Positions 37,394-50,170 of a stretch of DNA of 64,000 bases are shown here, piece after piece. The DNA lies in contig OX597830.1 of the NCBI GenBank assembly GCA_951406725.2, positions 49,972,001 to 50,036,000 of the forward strand, in the 5' to 3' direction. Both the position numbers and the translations under genes were made by a program. The DNA is from Octopus vulgaris (lineage: Eukaryota). The stretch's first letter is position 1. Each line of letters starts with the position of its first letter. The notes beneath the pieces were generated by a model, which saw only the letters and a program-made list of their open reading frames with translations, did not search any database and was not told where the DNA came from.

Positions 37394-37446
37394 TTAAGAA
37401 AATAGAATATATGAAAAGAATTAAAAAAAAAAAAATGAAATTTTAC

Positions 37447-37663
37447 CGTTTTTGGTTTCCTAATGAAGACTTTTGTCTTTCCAAAAGCATAATGAGTATT
37501 TGTAAATCCCATATTGTCCATGAGAACCTTGACCCCTTGTTGTACGGGTCCATCCCAGTGTGGCCAGGTCAAAGGTGATAACATCTTGTAACGATATAAG
37601 AAATGACCATAGCTCTGTCGAAATGCATATCCAGCACGTCTCACCTGAACATTCTCCATTAGC
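37447..37663 (-). CDS. MYO1B: Myosin I exon (217 nt): LMENVQVRRAGYAFRQ...FGKTKVFIRKPKT (SH1 helix/converter)
   Basis: ttacag acceptor, gtaaaa donor; phase 2 to 0. Confidence 0.95.
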
Positions 37664-37778
37664 CTGTAATAGATAAATATTAAACCAGCTATTAATAAAT
37701 ACGAGTGGGGTATCTCAAAGGATGAGAGTGGAAGGGTTTGTGATTGTCTTTATAAGTATTTAGGATGAGTAGAATCTT

Positions 37779-37980
37779 ATGAAGGGATTCTGAAAAGTTC
37801 CTGGTTTTGGCAAAAAGAAAATACAGAAAGATCAGTTAATTATGTGATTTTATTCAGCATATTCCCTTCTCAGATTCACTCACTTATTGCAGTGGTTCTT
37901 CAGTTTTTCCCAGCCCTGTAAAAGAACTTGTAAGGTTGGGCCTCTAGCCATGTCTTTGGCAATACCCTCAAAGCCAGGTC
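37779..37980 (-). mobile_element. mariner 3'-terminal fragment
   Basis: tatgaagggattctgaaaagttcctgg TIR-like end; minus-strand KL...CNK.VNLR.EY.E* transposase end. Confidence 0.55.
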
Positions 37981-38131
37981 GTAGATTCATGCATTTGCAT
38001 AAATGTGAATAGATGAGTGTTAGTGATAGATATGTTGCTTGTGAATGTGTATATTTGGTGATGTATGGACTTGTGAGTGCTGAAAACTCAGAGCATCACA
38101 AGACAGGTGAGCCAATCAACAAGTTACTTAC

Positions 38132-38199
38132 CCCAAGTAGCGAACCTGATGCCGGACTAGATCTTCATCAAATGCTATAGGTTTCTTGAAATCATTGGG
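38132..38199 (-). CDS. MYO1B: Myosin I exon (68 nt): PNDFKKPIAFDEDLVRHQVRYL(G)
   Basis: ttccag acceptor, gtaagt donor; phase 0 to 2. Confidence 0.95.
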
Positions 38200-39197
38200 C
38201 TGGAACAATAATAATAATAATAATAATAATAATGATAATAATAAAAATAATAATGATAATAATAATAATAATAATAACAAGAGCACTCAAAGAGTGCAAA
38301 CTTCTGCCAAAGCAACACCAGTGTCCTCTCAACGATTAGCCAGGGTTTTTAAAATGAGAATATCTGAAATAAACTCGACTGCTCTAACAAACTAGAATAC
38401 TAAAAATGGACCTGACCACTCTCAAAAATTATGTCAAAAAAACAGGAAAAATTATTCCACTTGAAATTTAAAAATCAAATGCATAAATTAAATATAGCTA
38501 AATTAAAATATATAAAAATGTTTCCTTAACTCAATAACTGACCTTTAATCCACAACAAAGGCATATTCAGTTTGCTAACCTTTTTTGCCTTATCCCTATT
38601 TCCCCATACACTGAGGGTCAGATGTCATTCAGTCTGCCCTCCCTGACAATAACTCACCTTGAAATAAGTGCAAAATGTAGCCTTCATATATTTGACTGTT
38701 ATTTGACTGTCTAAAAACAACAGCCCTCATCTCTCTCAAATCATACATCATCACATTTTAAAATGGATGTATTATCTTTGATATATATTCTGTCGCATTG
38801 CCTATTTAGTGCTGAACATAATCTCTCAACATCCCACTTTGGCCCTGCTCGTCCACACTGACTAGTTTCTGTTTGACAAGGGGTTTCCACAATCAGGGTA
38901 TTTAACTTTGACCATTAGAATGCAGTCCGAATTTTAACTCAGAGCATAACAAACCAGAATGGAAACTCCAAGACATCTCAGAGACTCATATATTTCTACC
39001 ATTCCACAAAGTTGACCTCACTGGGATTTGAACTTACAAAGCAGAGAACCAAAATTCAGACCAATGCTGCAGGGCAGTCTATCCAATGTTCTACCCACTC
39101 TACTAATTTGCTACCTAAATCTATTGGAATTTGCTACCTAAATCTATTGGATGGTAAAAGCTGAAACACATTTGATTTTAGGTCTAGAAAAACGTAC

Positions 39198-39263
39198 CTT
39201 GATACACCGGATATAATTAGGGTTCTTGGAAGATAAGTTCTTCATAAGTTCTGCCACAGATAC
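39198..39263 (-). CDS. MYO1B: Myosin I exon (66 nt): VSVAELMKNLSSKNPNYIRCIK
   Basis: cttcag acceptor, gtacgt donor. Confidence 0.96.
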
Positions 39264-39398
39264 CTGAAGACATGAAAAAAGAATGAGTTAACCAAAATTG
39301 GTGGTAAACCAATATCTAAAAGGATGGCAGGGTTAAAGCAACAACAACATCAAGTTGGTAGTCAATATTGTCTCACCAATGTCACCTGTAATATTTGG

Positions 39399-39441
<43 letters not shown>

Positions 39442-39652
39442 CATATTTCATTTAGGCGTTGTGAGACTAATAACTTGGTATAGAACTCAATATATGCATG
39501 CTTCAGAATGAAACATTACTTGAGTACAGATCAGCTCATAAGAAAAAAAGATGACTATGGAATAAATGATGATAAGATAACCATTTACTCGTTAGTCATC
39601 TTATTTTCTTATGTACACATACTTGTATACAGATGTAATTAAACATACTTAC

Positions 39653-39708
39653 TTTGAATTGCGAGCCGGCAGTGGCTGGACGTTTTAAAGATGGGCGAGC
39701 GGGATTTC
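39653..39708 (-). CDS. MYO1B: Myosin I exon (56 nt): (G)NPARPSLKRPATAGSQFK (loop 2)
   Basis: tgatag acceptor, gtaagt donor; phase 1 to 0. Confidence 0.94.
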
Positions 39709-40452
39709 CTATCAATGAGAAACACAAACAGAACAGAATATGTATATGTGAGTGTATCTATTTATACATCATATTTTTATACATATTTACATATATTTTT
39801 ATATACATTTATATTTATTTATTTATATATATCTTTAATATAATAAGTATTTTCACACGGGTATATCTTTATGATGAGTTTGGATATTAATTTCCTTATA
39901 TTAATAATAATATATTGTTAAAAACATATATTATTAATATATTATTGGCCCCGCTCTCTTTAACATTACACCAAAACACATTAAAACAGAAACAGACCCT
40001 ATAGGGTTCAAGAAGTCTTTGGACAGATTCCTTCAAGAAATCCCAGATTAACCCCCTACACCCGGATATGTCTCTGTAAACAATAACTCTCTACTTGAGT
40101 GGGCCATAGTGCCCAAATTCTGACTTGAAAGACTTCACCAGGTGGTGCTATTAAGTTAGACATGGCCTGGGCCAATATTGGCCGAAAAGTATCAAAGTAT
40201 ATATGTATATATCGCTCGTATTAAATATATAAATACTTTAATAGTATTAATATTTTTATACAATTGAACATTCAATATAAATTCAGTACATAATATTCTT
40301 ATTGAATATATTTACCTAAAGATTTATGAGTGTATATGTATATAAATATCTCATCATCTCTATCATCTTTTTCTTCCCTTTTCCAGCTGAGGATAACCAC
40401 GTATCTCCTCAACAGTAAGACAGTTGTTCCATTTCCTCTGTCATACTAGAAT

Positions 40453-40687
40453 ACTCTTACTCTCTTTTAACTGTTTCAGTCATTTAACTGTGGCCATGAT
40501 GGAGCACCGCCTTTAGTCAAGCACATCAACCCCAGGACTTATTCTTTGTAAGCCTAGTCTATTGGTCTCCTTTGCCGAACTGCTAAGTTACGGGGACGTA
40601 AACACACCAGCATCGGATGTCGAGCGATGTTGGGGGTGGGCAGGGACAAACACAGACACACAAAAATATACACACACACATACACAC

Positions 40688-40723
<36 letters not shown>

Positions 40724-40741
40724 CTATATATACATATATAT

Positions 40742-40776
<35 letters not shown>

Positions 40777-40936
40777 CGACGGGCTTCTTTCAGTTTCCAT
40801 CTACCAAATCCACTCACAAGGCTTTGGTCGGCCCGAGGCTATAGAAGACACTTGCCCAAGGTGCCATGAAGTGGGACTGAACTCGGAACCATGTGGTTGG
40901 TAAGCAAGCTACTTACCACACAGCCACTCCTACACC
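40453..40936 (-). mobile_element. SINE family A with expanded internal microsatellite
   Basis: Reverse complement of family A. Confidence 0.88.
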
Positions 40937-41725
40937 TATATCTCTCCACACCTGGCATAAGCCATTTCCTTTGACACCATATTCTTCTCAGTCAAGGGGG
41001 TCTTCTTTACTTGTGAGTTGCTTTGCAGCCTCACTAGTGCTGGTGACATGCAAAATCACCCACAACATTCTGTGAAGTGGTTGGTGATAGGAAGAGCACC
41101 CAGCTATAGAAACCATGCCGAAACAGTCAATAGATCTTGATAGAGTCTCCTCATCTGCTGGAACCTGTCAAACCATTTGACCCATGCCAGCACGGAATAC
41201 AGAAAGGAATGATGATGATTTAAATATAACATCTACGAAATTAAGTTAAAACAGTATTAAAACTGCTACATATCATAACAAGGTTATTTGTAGAGATGAG
41301 GTGTAGTTCATTGAATTATTCCCAGTATATAACTGGTATTCAATGTAACACAAGAAATGAAAGGAAACGTTGACCTCGGTGACATTTGAAAACAGAATAT
41401 AAAGAGCCTGAAGAAATTCTTCAAAGTACTTTTTCTAATATTCAAATGATTCTTATTTCTTTATGCCCAGGGGTCCATGGGAAAAAACTCATTTACATAA
41501 AAGGTGTCATTGGTAGTGAAAAGGTTGGGAACCACTGACCTGAAGGATAAATGGCAAACCCACCAACCTCAGAACTGAAACTGTTGAGGTTTGTAAGCAA
41601 ACAACAGTTCTTTACTTTTCTTGCAACTTCACAGACTTCAGTTGCATAGCAACAACAACAATTGCAAAACGAGGAAGAATCAATAGAAGCGAGGATGAAA
41701 GCTGTTCAAAAAAGATGTGGCTTAC

Positions 41726-41840
41726 CTTCTGGGAATAAGTCTTTTAGTAAAGGATGTTTACATCTGTACATGGCTTGAGACAAATCACGGAACAAAAGGT
41801 CGTTGTTTTTATCAACAAACCCTTCAACCCTGTAGGTTAC
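41726..41840 (-). CDS. MYO1B: Myosin I exon (115 nt): VTYRVEGFVDKNNDLLFRDLSQAMY...LFPE
   Basis: catcag acceptor, gtaagc donor; phase 0 to 1. Confidence 0.95.
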
Positions 41841-41899
41841 CTGATGGAACGGAAAGCAAAAGGAGATACAGAGAAGCAGGTACAAAAAACAGGTTTAAA

Positions 41900-41929
<30 letters not shown>

Positions 41930-41932
<3 letters not shown>

Positions 41933-42340
41933 GTTTCAAATTTTGGCATAAAGCTAGAAATATTGGGGTCATGGGTAAGTCAATCACATCAGCTTCACTG
42001 CACAACTGGTACTTACTTTATCAACCCCAAAAGAATGAAAGGCCAAGTTGACTTTGGCAGAATTTGAACTCAGACTGTAAAGACAAACAAAATGCCACTA
42101 AGCATTTTGCCTGGCATGATAACAATTGTGCCAGCTTGCCACCCTAATAATAATAATAGTAATAATAATAGTGGTTTCAAATTTTTTGGCACAAGACCAG
42201 CAATTTTTTGAGGGAAAGAAACATGATCCTCACCTGAGTGGTACTTATTTCATAAACCCCAAAAAATATGAAAGCAAAGTTGATTCTTTTGAACTCATAA
42301 TGTAAGGAGCAGGAAGAAATATTTGCCAAGGTCTCCAAAA
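41930..42340 (-). mobile_element. Two tandem SINE family D copies
   Basis: Same pattern as 27655-28365. Confidence 0.78.
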
Positions 42341-42546
42341 ACGGTTTGCAGAATGAGGAGATCAGTTTGTGGTCAGCAACCTGGTTTGAGTGGTTCTAAT
42401 ATAATGGACTCCATTTTAAAGACAGCCAGTGGTCAACTGATTAAATCTACAAATACAGGAATGGTCCTTCTATTGGCCTTCCACAGAGATTTCCTACCAA
42501 ATTTTCCTCACAAAAATTTAGTTGATATTCAGTGAAGTATATTTAA

Positions 42547-42734
42547 CCCTTTAACATTTAAACTAGCCATATCCGACCCAAATATTCTTATGATCTGGCC
42601 TTTCACACTTACCCAACAATGTCATTTTAAAGATACACAATGAAATCATTGAATTCATGAAGATACATGATCAATTCAAAACAACGTGAATAAATTAGCA
42701 TTACATTTGACAGAATAACCTGAATGGTAAAGGG
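42547..42734. mobile_element. piggyBac-like MITE
   Basis: TTAA|CCCTTTA...TAAAGGG|TTAA. Confidence 0.8.
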
Positions 42735-42794
42735 TTAAATTATGGTCTGTCTTAGAAAAGGAAGAGACTATGAGTGGATCCAGGAGACTTTAGT

Positions 42795-43307
42795 TCTCTT
42801 GTACTCTTATACTCGTTCCAGTCATTTCACTGCGGCCATGCTGGAGCACCACCTTTAGTCAAGCAAATTGACCCCAGGACTTATTCTTTGTAAGCCTGGT
42901 ACTTATTCTATCGGTCTCTTTTGCCGAACTACTAAGTTACTGGGACGTAAACACATCAGCATCGGTTGTCAAGCAATATTGGGGGTGGGGACAAGCACAG
43001 ACACACAAATATATACACACATATATATATATACAAGGTAAGAAAATGGAGAAATACATCTAAATCAAATATCAATTACCAGATAATACTCAATCACATA
43101 CTTTATTAAACCACATATATATATATATATACATACATATATATGATGGGCTTCTTTCAGTTTCCGTCTACCAAATTCACTCACAAGGCTTTGGTCAGCC
43201 CGAGGCTATAGTAGAAGACACTTGCCCAAGGTGCCACGCAGTAGGACTGAACCCAGAACCATGTGGTTGGTAAGCAAGCTACTTACCAACACAGCCACTC
43301 CTGTGTC
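42795..43307 (-). mobile_element. SINE family A with ~85-bp foreign insert in its (TA)n
   Basis: Family A halves separated by 43030-43115. Confidence 0.85.
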
Positions 43308-43489
43308 TGGAAACAAACTTTAAACAAAAAGGGACAAGCTGGAATACCTTTTTTCCCCCCGTGTTAAACAAGAACAGCAACAACAGGAAGATAAATATAA
43401 AATGAGATGAGAAATGAAACGAGAGGAGATAGGCATTATGCAACGAGGAGGAGAAGAAGAAGATCAATTATAAATATTTTGTCACTTAC

Positions 43490-43684
43490 TGCGCCTGCGT
43501 AATGTTTGAGGCGAAAAGATTCATGAGGCAACGTTCTGTCAGACATGCTTTTTTTACAGCCGCGACTTTCGTAATGAGGATGTTCTGAACAAATGGAGTC
43601 AAGTTTTGCAAGGAATGTTAAATCTGTGACGGTTCCTGGTCGAAGGCACTCTTCATCAAGCATCGCTAAAACTCCTACATTGTT
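43490..43684 (-). CDS. MYO1B: Myosin I exon (195 nt): NNVGVLAMLDEECLRPGTVTD...FRLKHYAGA
   Basis: tttcag acceptor, gtaagt donor; LDEEC and HYAG motifs. Confidence 0.96.
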
Positions 43685-43694
43685 CTGAAACAGA

Positions 43695-43729
<35 letters not shown>

Positions 43730-43800
43730 CCGGAGTAAACACATAAATGTGAAACAAGGTGGAAAAAAGAGTACTCAAATACCAGTGGTAGAGTAATAAG

Positions 43801-43930
43801 CTTTATTTAAAGCAGCAGAAAATTCAACAAAATCTGTTACTCTGAGTTTCTAGCAAAAACTGTCTGACGAACGGCAACGAGAAACTCAGAGTAACAGATT
43901 TTGTTGAATTTTCTGCTGCTTTAAATAAAG
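43801..43930. repeat. Perfect 51-bp inverted repeat, 28-nt loop
   Basis: 43801-43851 is the exact reverse complement of 43880-43930. Confidence 0.95.
43856..43902 (+). ncRNA. Minimal type I hammerhead ribozyme motif
   Basis: aaaactgt-CTGACGA-acg gcaa cga-GAAA-ctcagag-TA-acagatttt. Confidence 0.65.
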
Positions 43931-44994
43931 TATATATATATATACATATCTTTTGAATTTGTTTTTATGGGAAATATTTTGAACATGCAAACAAAGCTCT
44001 TATTCCATTATGTCGGCTGCAGTCTAATGATGCTGACCGGTGAACCAGTTTTTGAGGGTTGCACCGAGCCGTGCCGATATGATGTAGGATAAATTTATAG
44101 TTTCCATCCAAAGATTATTGTTATTTGTATATTTATACATATATGTGTATAGTAAACAAAAACCAATATATAGTTCAAAACATCACTACAAATATTTTGA
44201 TAGTGCAGTTTATCCTGAGTATCAGTCCATTGCACAATATATTAACTGATCCACACACACACACACACAAACACGCTATTGGTGAACATTTGTGTTTGCC
44301 AAGAATAAAAAAACCACTCAATACATGAAACAGAGTATGTTTTGTTAAAATTTGTAATTTCTTGAATTGTTACTCAGAGTTAAATGTATGACAAAAGTTA
44401 AGAATTATTTCAATATATAAGTAAAAATGTGTTGCCCAATAGTTTTGCTTAAATATATTGTTGAAGAAGCTCCCTCTTTCTAATGCCTCAATAATCAAAC
44501 GTGAAACTTAGCTTCAACTTGTAATAGTAGCAACGATCCTTTCTCTAATAGGCATAAGGCCTGAAATTTTGCAGGAAGGGGGTAATTGATTATATCGATC
44601 CCGATGCTCAATTGATACTTGTTTCATTGACCCTGGAAGGTTGAAAGGCAAAGTCGACCACAGATGAATTTGAGCTCAGAACATATATGATTGGCGAAAT
44701 GTTGCAACACACTTTGCCCAGTGTTGCACAAGACCAGCAATTTCAATGGAGGGAGTAAGTTGATTACATCGACCCCAGTATTCAACTGGTACTTATTTTT
44801 TAAAAAAAATGATGGTTTCAAATGTTGCACAAGGCCAGCAATTTTAAGGGGGATATTCTAGATATTCTGCCAGCTAGTGGCCTTTTCTATCCGAAAGGAA
44901 TTTTCTACCCAATATTTACATGCTATTACTTATAGCTCTATGGGTGCTATGAGATCCGCTGTTCCAAAACTCAAATCTTTTATCTTTCACCTTT

Positions 44995-45189
44995 TTTACT
45001 AATTTCAGTCATTAGACTGTGGCCATGCCGGGGCACTGCCCTGAAGAATATCTAGTTGAATCAATTAACCCCTGTACTTATTTTCCATTTTTTAAGCCTG
45101 GTACTGATTATATCAGCCTCTTTTGTCAAACCACTAGGTTATGGGGACATAAACATAATGCTATCAGTTATCAAGTAGAGGTAGGGCAC

Positions 45190-45249
<60 letters not shown>

Positions 45250-45393
45250 GGCTTCTTTCAGTTGCCGTCTACTAAATCCACTTACAAGGCTTTGATTGAC
45301 ACGAAACAATAGTAGAAGACACTTGCCCAAGGTGTCACGTTGTGAGATTGAACCCAGAACCATGTGGTTGGGAAGTAAGCTAAGCCTGCACCT
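44995..45393 (-). mobile_element. SINE family A, diverged
   Basis: Reverse complement of family A. Confidence 0.8.
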
Positions 45394-45690
45394 ATATGAT
45401 TTTCTGTTCTCTCAAAAGTGTATAAAATTCTTATGACATGAAAAATATATATCATCATCATCGTTTGAAGTCCACCTTCCATGCTGGCATATGTGTGTGC
45501 ATGTGTGTATGTGTGTATATAAAAACATATATATATGTGTGTGTGTGTGTATATGAGAAAGACAGAGAGAAAGTAACACACAGTCTACATAACCAGTCAT
45601 AGAAACATTCAGATGTGAGAAAAACGACATAGACACACACACACATACATTCTCATATAACCAAAAGCATGAACACATATAAACATATAG

Positions 45691-45727
<37 letters not shown>

Positions 45728-45746
45728 GACAATTGTCATTACCTAC

Positions 45747-45809
45747 CTTTTCAATTAATTCACATATCACAGCATTGTTGAAATAATCCACGTGGATCCA
45801 TTCAATTCC
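45747..45809 (-). CDS. MYO1B: Myosin I exon (63 nt): GIEWIHVDYFNNAVICELIEK
   Basis: tttcag acceptor, gtaggt donor. Confidence 0.95.
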
Positions 45810-45976
45810 CTGAAAAAAAATGGGTCAGAAAAATATTAGGTTGTTTCACATGAAATGTCGTATTTGAAAGGTAACAATAAAATGTTTCAGAAGTGTTAGA
45901 GAACTGATTTATTTAATCAAAGTATGATCCATGTTCATTTATGACATTTACCTGACGTTTCTCTATGTCATATATT

Positions 45977-46278
45977 CCATCCTTAAAAGGATGAAAGGCA
46001 AAGTCGACCTCGGCGGAATTTGACCTCAGAACGTAGTGGCAGACCTATTTCTTTACTACCCACAAGGGGCTAAACACAGAGAGGACAAACACGGACAGAC
46101 AAATGGATCAAGTCGATTACATCGACTCCAGTGTGTAACTGGTACTTGATTTATCGACCCCAAAAGGATGAAAGGCAAAGTCGACCTTGGCGGAATTTGA
46201 ACTCAGAACATAACGGCAGACGAAATACGGCTACGCATTTCGCCGGGCATGCTAACGTTTCTGCCATTTCGCCACCTT
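45977..46278 (-). mobile_element. SINE family D, full copy plus partial repeat
   Basis: aaaaggatgaaaggcaaagtcgacc twice (about 45986 and 46163). Confidence 0.85.
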
Positions 46279-46689
46279 TGCATGTTTCTGTTAATTTTAT
46301 TGCATAAACACCGTTCCTTATTTGTTATACTTTTACATAACATAAACACATTGGGTCATAGCAGACCACATGACCACGGCATGAAGTGGGGGAAGAAGTG
46401 TGCAATTTTATTATAAAGCCTATATACCACATGGGGATGGGTAAACATGTAGAAACAGTAAACATTTACTAGCCACATGGTAGAAACATGTTGAATCATT
46501 TAGCTCCATGATATGAACACTATGTGTTTTTAGAGGAAAATACATTGGTTACTATCTATTGTTGCTGTTGTTGTTGTCTTGTTAGGTTTCTGCTTGAAAA
46601 GACAGACAAACAGGCAGAACTGCATCACACATGGAGGATGTTAAAAACAATGACCAGTCACTTAATGTAGCATATCACAAAGAGTAATT

Positions 46690-46970
46690 ACAGTAGTAAT
46701 AGGTGATGATGGTGGTTATGGTGATGATTATAATGGTATGGGTATTGGTGATATCGATGATAATGGTGGTGGTGGTGGTGGTTGAAGTGATAATGATGGT
46801 GATAGTAGTGGTGGTATTAATTGAAAGTGATAGTGGTGATGTGGTGGTGGTAGTGGTGGGTGTTATCATGATGATGATGAAGATGAGTTGCGGTGATGTC
46901 AGTGATGGTAATAATGATGTTGGTGGTGTTGATATTGTTAATGATGATGATGATGATGATGATAGTATTT
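46690..46970. repeat. (GAT/GGT)n low-complexity tract
   Basis: Direct reading. Confidence 0.85.
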
Positions 46971-47112
46971 AACACTTGCAATTAAAATTAACAATTAGAT
47001 AATGCCAAACTATTTTGTATTTAATTATGAATATTATTGCTACATGGAAAGACAAAAGTCTCAGAAAATTCCAAGACACCAAAAATTGGTAAGGAATCTA
47101 ACACATTCTTAC

Positions 47113-47217
47113 CTCCTTCACATATTCTTCTTGTTCTTCTTTTAAGGTTAATTCAATAAAAATTTGTTGTAATTTCTCATTACAGTAATTAATGATAAAC
47201 TGTTCAAAACTATTGTT
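47113..47217 (-). CDS. MYO1B: Myosin I exon (105 nt): [35 protein letters not shown]
   Basis: cacag acceptor, gtaaga donor; relay helix. Confidence 0.96.
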
Positions 47218-47324
47218 CTGTGAAAACGAAGATTGGAAAAGATTAAGAAATGAAAATCAGGAAATTATAGAAGAAGCAAGAAAAAATGGTTAACTTGGTA
47301 ATGTCTTGAACAGTCATGAGAGAA

Positions 47325-47637
47325 GGCATGTGACTTAGTAGGTAGGATATTCAGCTTATGATCATAAGGTCTGGAGTTCAATTCCTGGCGGTGTTTCTTG
47401 TCCTTAAGCAAGACACTTTATTTCGCATTGCTCCAGTCCACTCAGCTGGAGCAATGAGAAATAAAGTAATTCAAAGGGTCAGATTTGTCACACATTGTGT
47501 CATGCTGAATCTCCCAGAGAACTACATTAAGGATACATGTGTTTGAGGAGTGATGGCCACATGCATGTTAATTTTATGAGCAGGCTGTTCTGTTGATCAA
47601 ATCATCTAGAACACTCATCGTCACAACTGATGGAGAA
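47325..47637 (+). mobile_element. SINE head C with tail N, diverged
   Basis: ttgctccagtccactcagctgg core; tail shared with the 49638-50021 copy. Confidence 0.72.
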
Positions 47638-48471
47638 CCAGGCTGTGGCAGTTATGGGTGGGAAACTTTTATATAAAGCAGGGTGCATGAGACATGGTTC
47701 ATCATTAGGCAGGCTCACACTAAAGAAAAATTCTAAGCAATTGTTTTCTTTTTTGGCAGGCCACTGAGAAAGTTCCAAGGGCCACTGTTGGCACATGGCT
47801 AGTATAACAAGATAAAAATGCTATCTCCTTCTTTCCCTATGAAGACAAGACCAAAGCAATACAGTTACTTGAGCTCTCAACATGACACCACCCACCTATC
47901 CCTATCTCTTCAATTCTGGCATAATTGATGCCTTACTTTAGACATGCCCACATCACATGACTGGTATAACAAAATAAGAGTGTTAACTGCCCCTTACTTT
48001 CATTATGAAGAGAAGGCTAAAGCAATGAAGCCCAGGGCACCCTACACTCATCTCTATCTACCATGCCAGAGAGAAGCTCTTCAACTCTGGCTTAGTTGAT
48101 GTCTTTCTTCAGTCGTGCCCACATCTTCTAATCGCCATGTATGGTGTTCCCAGTAGACAAGTCTCGAAGCGATGAGGTCAGGATGTCACATGTCACACAT
48201 AATCCTCAGATATCTTGATAATATATCTTTTGTGTCACCAATGACAGAACAGCAGAAAGGTCAATGTTCAGGATTTACATCCACTGGACATCTAAGACCA
48301 GATGGACAATCCTGCTGTGACATCCCTCTCGGGATTTATTCAGGTTCTACTTCATAATACAGTACAAATGTAACGGTAGAAATGGACAACAAAGGTTTTG
48401 GCATAGATCAACAGGGAAGGCATAATATAGCGCCAGGAATGACATACAAATCATGTTCAAAAGTAACTCAC

Positions 48472-48537
48472 CTCAAAAACTTCAAAACCATATATGTCTA
48501 ACACACCCATCACTTTTGTTTTGTTTTTTTTCTTCAC
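48472..48537 (-). CDS. MYO1B: Myosin I exon (66 nt): VKKKNKTKVMGVLDIYGFEVFE
   Basis: tttcag acceptor, gtgagt donor; switch II DIYGFE. Confidence 0.96.
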
Positions 48538-49637
48538 CTGAAATAGGGAAACAAAATCAAGAAAATGTTATCATATGGACTACACACATTTATAAAACAT
48601 CCTTTGTATCCAGACTTTAGAATAAATAAATGCCATCTCTGGACAGTGTGGGGGATAAGTAACAGAACTGAAGACAGGAAGGGCATCTAGTGCTGTGGCC
48701 GTGTACTATGTTGTTTTAGTTTTCCTCTCACCTGTTTGAATGTGTGGGGATGTCTTCTCCAGAAGTGCACACTGCTAGTTCATAGGGCATCAGTGGAATA
48801 CAAAAGCCTGCCGCTTTCTATAAAGCGCCAGGCATTATATGGAGTAACTGCTGTGGATGGTGGGTATGGACCGACTTGAGAGCTGTGAATCATTATGGGC
48901 TCGGATTTTCCAGGGCCGCCGAGAGTGCAATGTATAATATGGTCCCCAGCAGATAAAATAGAAAAGGTGTTACCCTGGAGGATGGTGAGGGAGATACACT
49001 GGAACAGTCACTATGACTCACAGGGCTCACACTTGCAGACAGCCATCTCCACTCTGTGAACAATGAGTGGGGATAGGGTCTGGGGTCTGCGAACTGGAGG
49101 TCCCCATTGCCAATGGTCCTCTGTCATCTCCTTAATGAAGTCAATAATCCTGAGATAAGCCTCCATCACTTGGTCCTCTTCTTCCCCAGGCTCTTTCTTA
49201 CACACATTCCAGCTCCTATCAGGACCCTAAAAATCATTATGCAAATGGCATCAACCACCCACATTACATATCCATACCACCACAATCGCCTCAAATCCTA
49301 CTCTGTATCTGATTCCACTCAGCTCCCCCAATGCCACTGCCACCCACAACTATTTTAACTCCTCTCTCTGATACATTACATGAACAAACTAATCATTGTT
49401 TTTAACAACCTCCATGTGGGATGTAGTTCTGTCTGTTTGTCCAACTGCTTGTCTTTTGCAGCAGAACTTTGGAAACCTAACAAAACAACACCACCACCAA
49501 CAACTGCAGATAGCGACTAATGTGCTTTCCTAAATCTAAAAAAACCCTAACATTTCAAAACCAGCACAGCATGCCAGCTTTAGTTCTCTCCATCACTTTC
49601 ACATCACCTACATTCACTGTCCATGTTTTACTAATAT

Positions 49638-50021
49638 GGAAGCACTCCGTCGCTTACGACGACGAGGGTTCCGGTTGATCCGATCAACGGAACAGCCTGC
49701 TCGTGAAATTAATGAGTAAGTGGCTGAGCACTCTACAGACACGTGCACCCTTAACGTAGTTCTCGGGGATATTCAGCGTGACACAGAGAGTGACAAGGCC
49801 GGCCCCTTGAAATACAGGTACAACAGAAACAGGAAGTAAGAGTGAGAGAAAGTTGTGGTGAAAAAGTACAGCAGGGATCACCACCATCCCCTGCCGGAGC
49901 CTCGTGCAGCTTTTAGGTGTTTTCGCTCAATAAACACTCACAACGCCCGGTCTGGGAATCGAAACTGCAATCCTATGACCGCGAGTCCACTGCCCTAACC
50001 ACTGGGCCATTGCACCTCCAC
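49638..50021 (-). mobile_element. SINE head B with tail N, full insertion
   Basis: 11-bp TSD tttactaatat (49627-49637, 50022-50032). Confidence 0.87.
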
Positions 50022-50170
50022 TTTACTAATATACAATATTGCACTCCTCACTCCTGCACCATACACTCCGCCCTTCAAAGAGAAAGAGAGAGAGAATTCC
50101 TTTATTGTCAGCACAGGATGTAGCCCTCTCATACACATGTGCACATGTATTCATTCATACATACATACGT

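Noticed and set aside
40135-40150. CTCF-like TCACCAGGTGGTGCTA
   Set aside because: Two mismatches to the core, inside a probable repeat fragment; not distinguishable from chance.
46675-46972. Thr/Ile- or Val/Met-rich ORFs (also 54107-54770) resembling mucin or membrane proteins
   Set aside because: Trinucleotide low-complexity intronic DNA with no splice or homology support.
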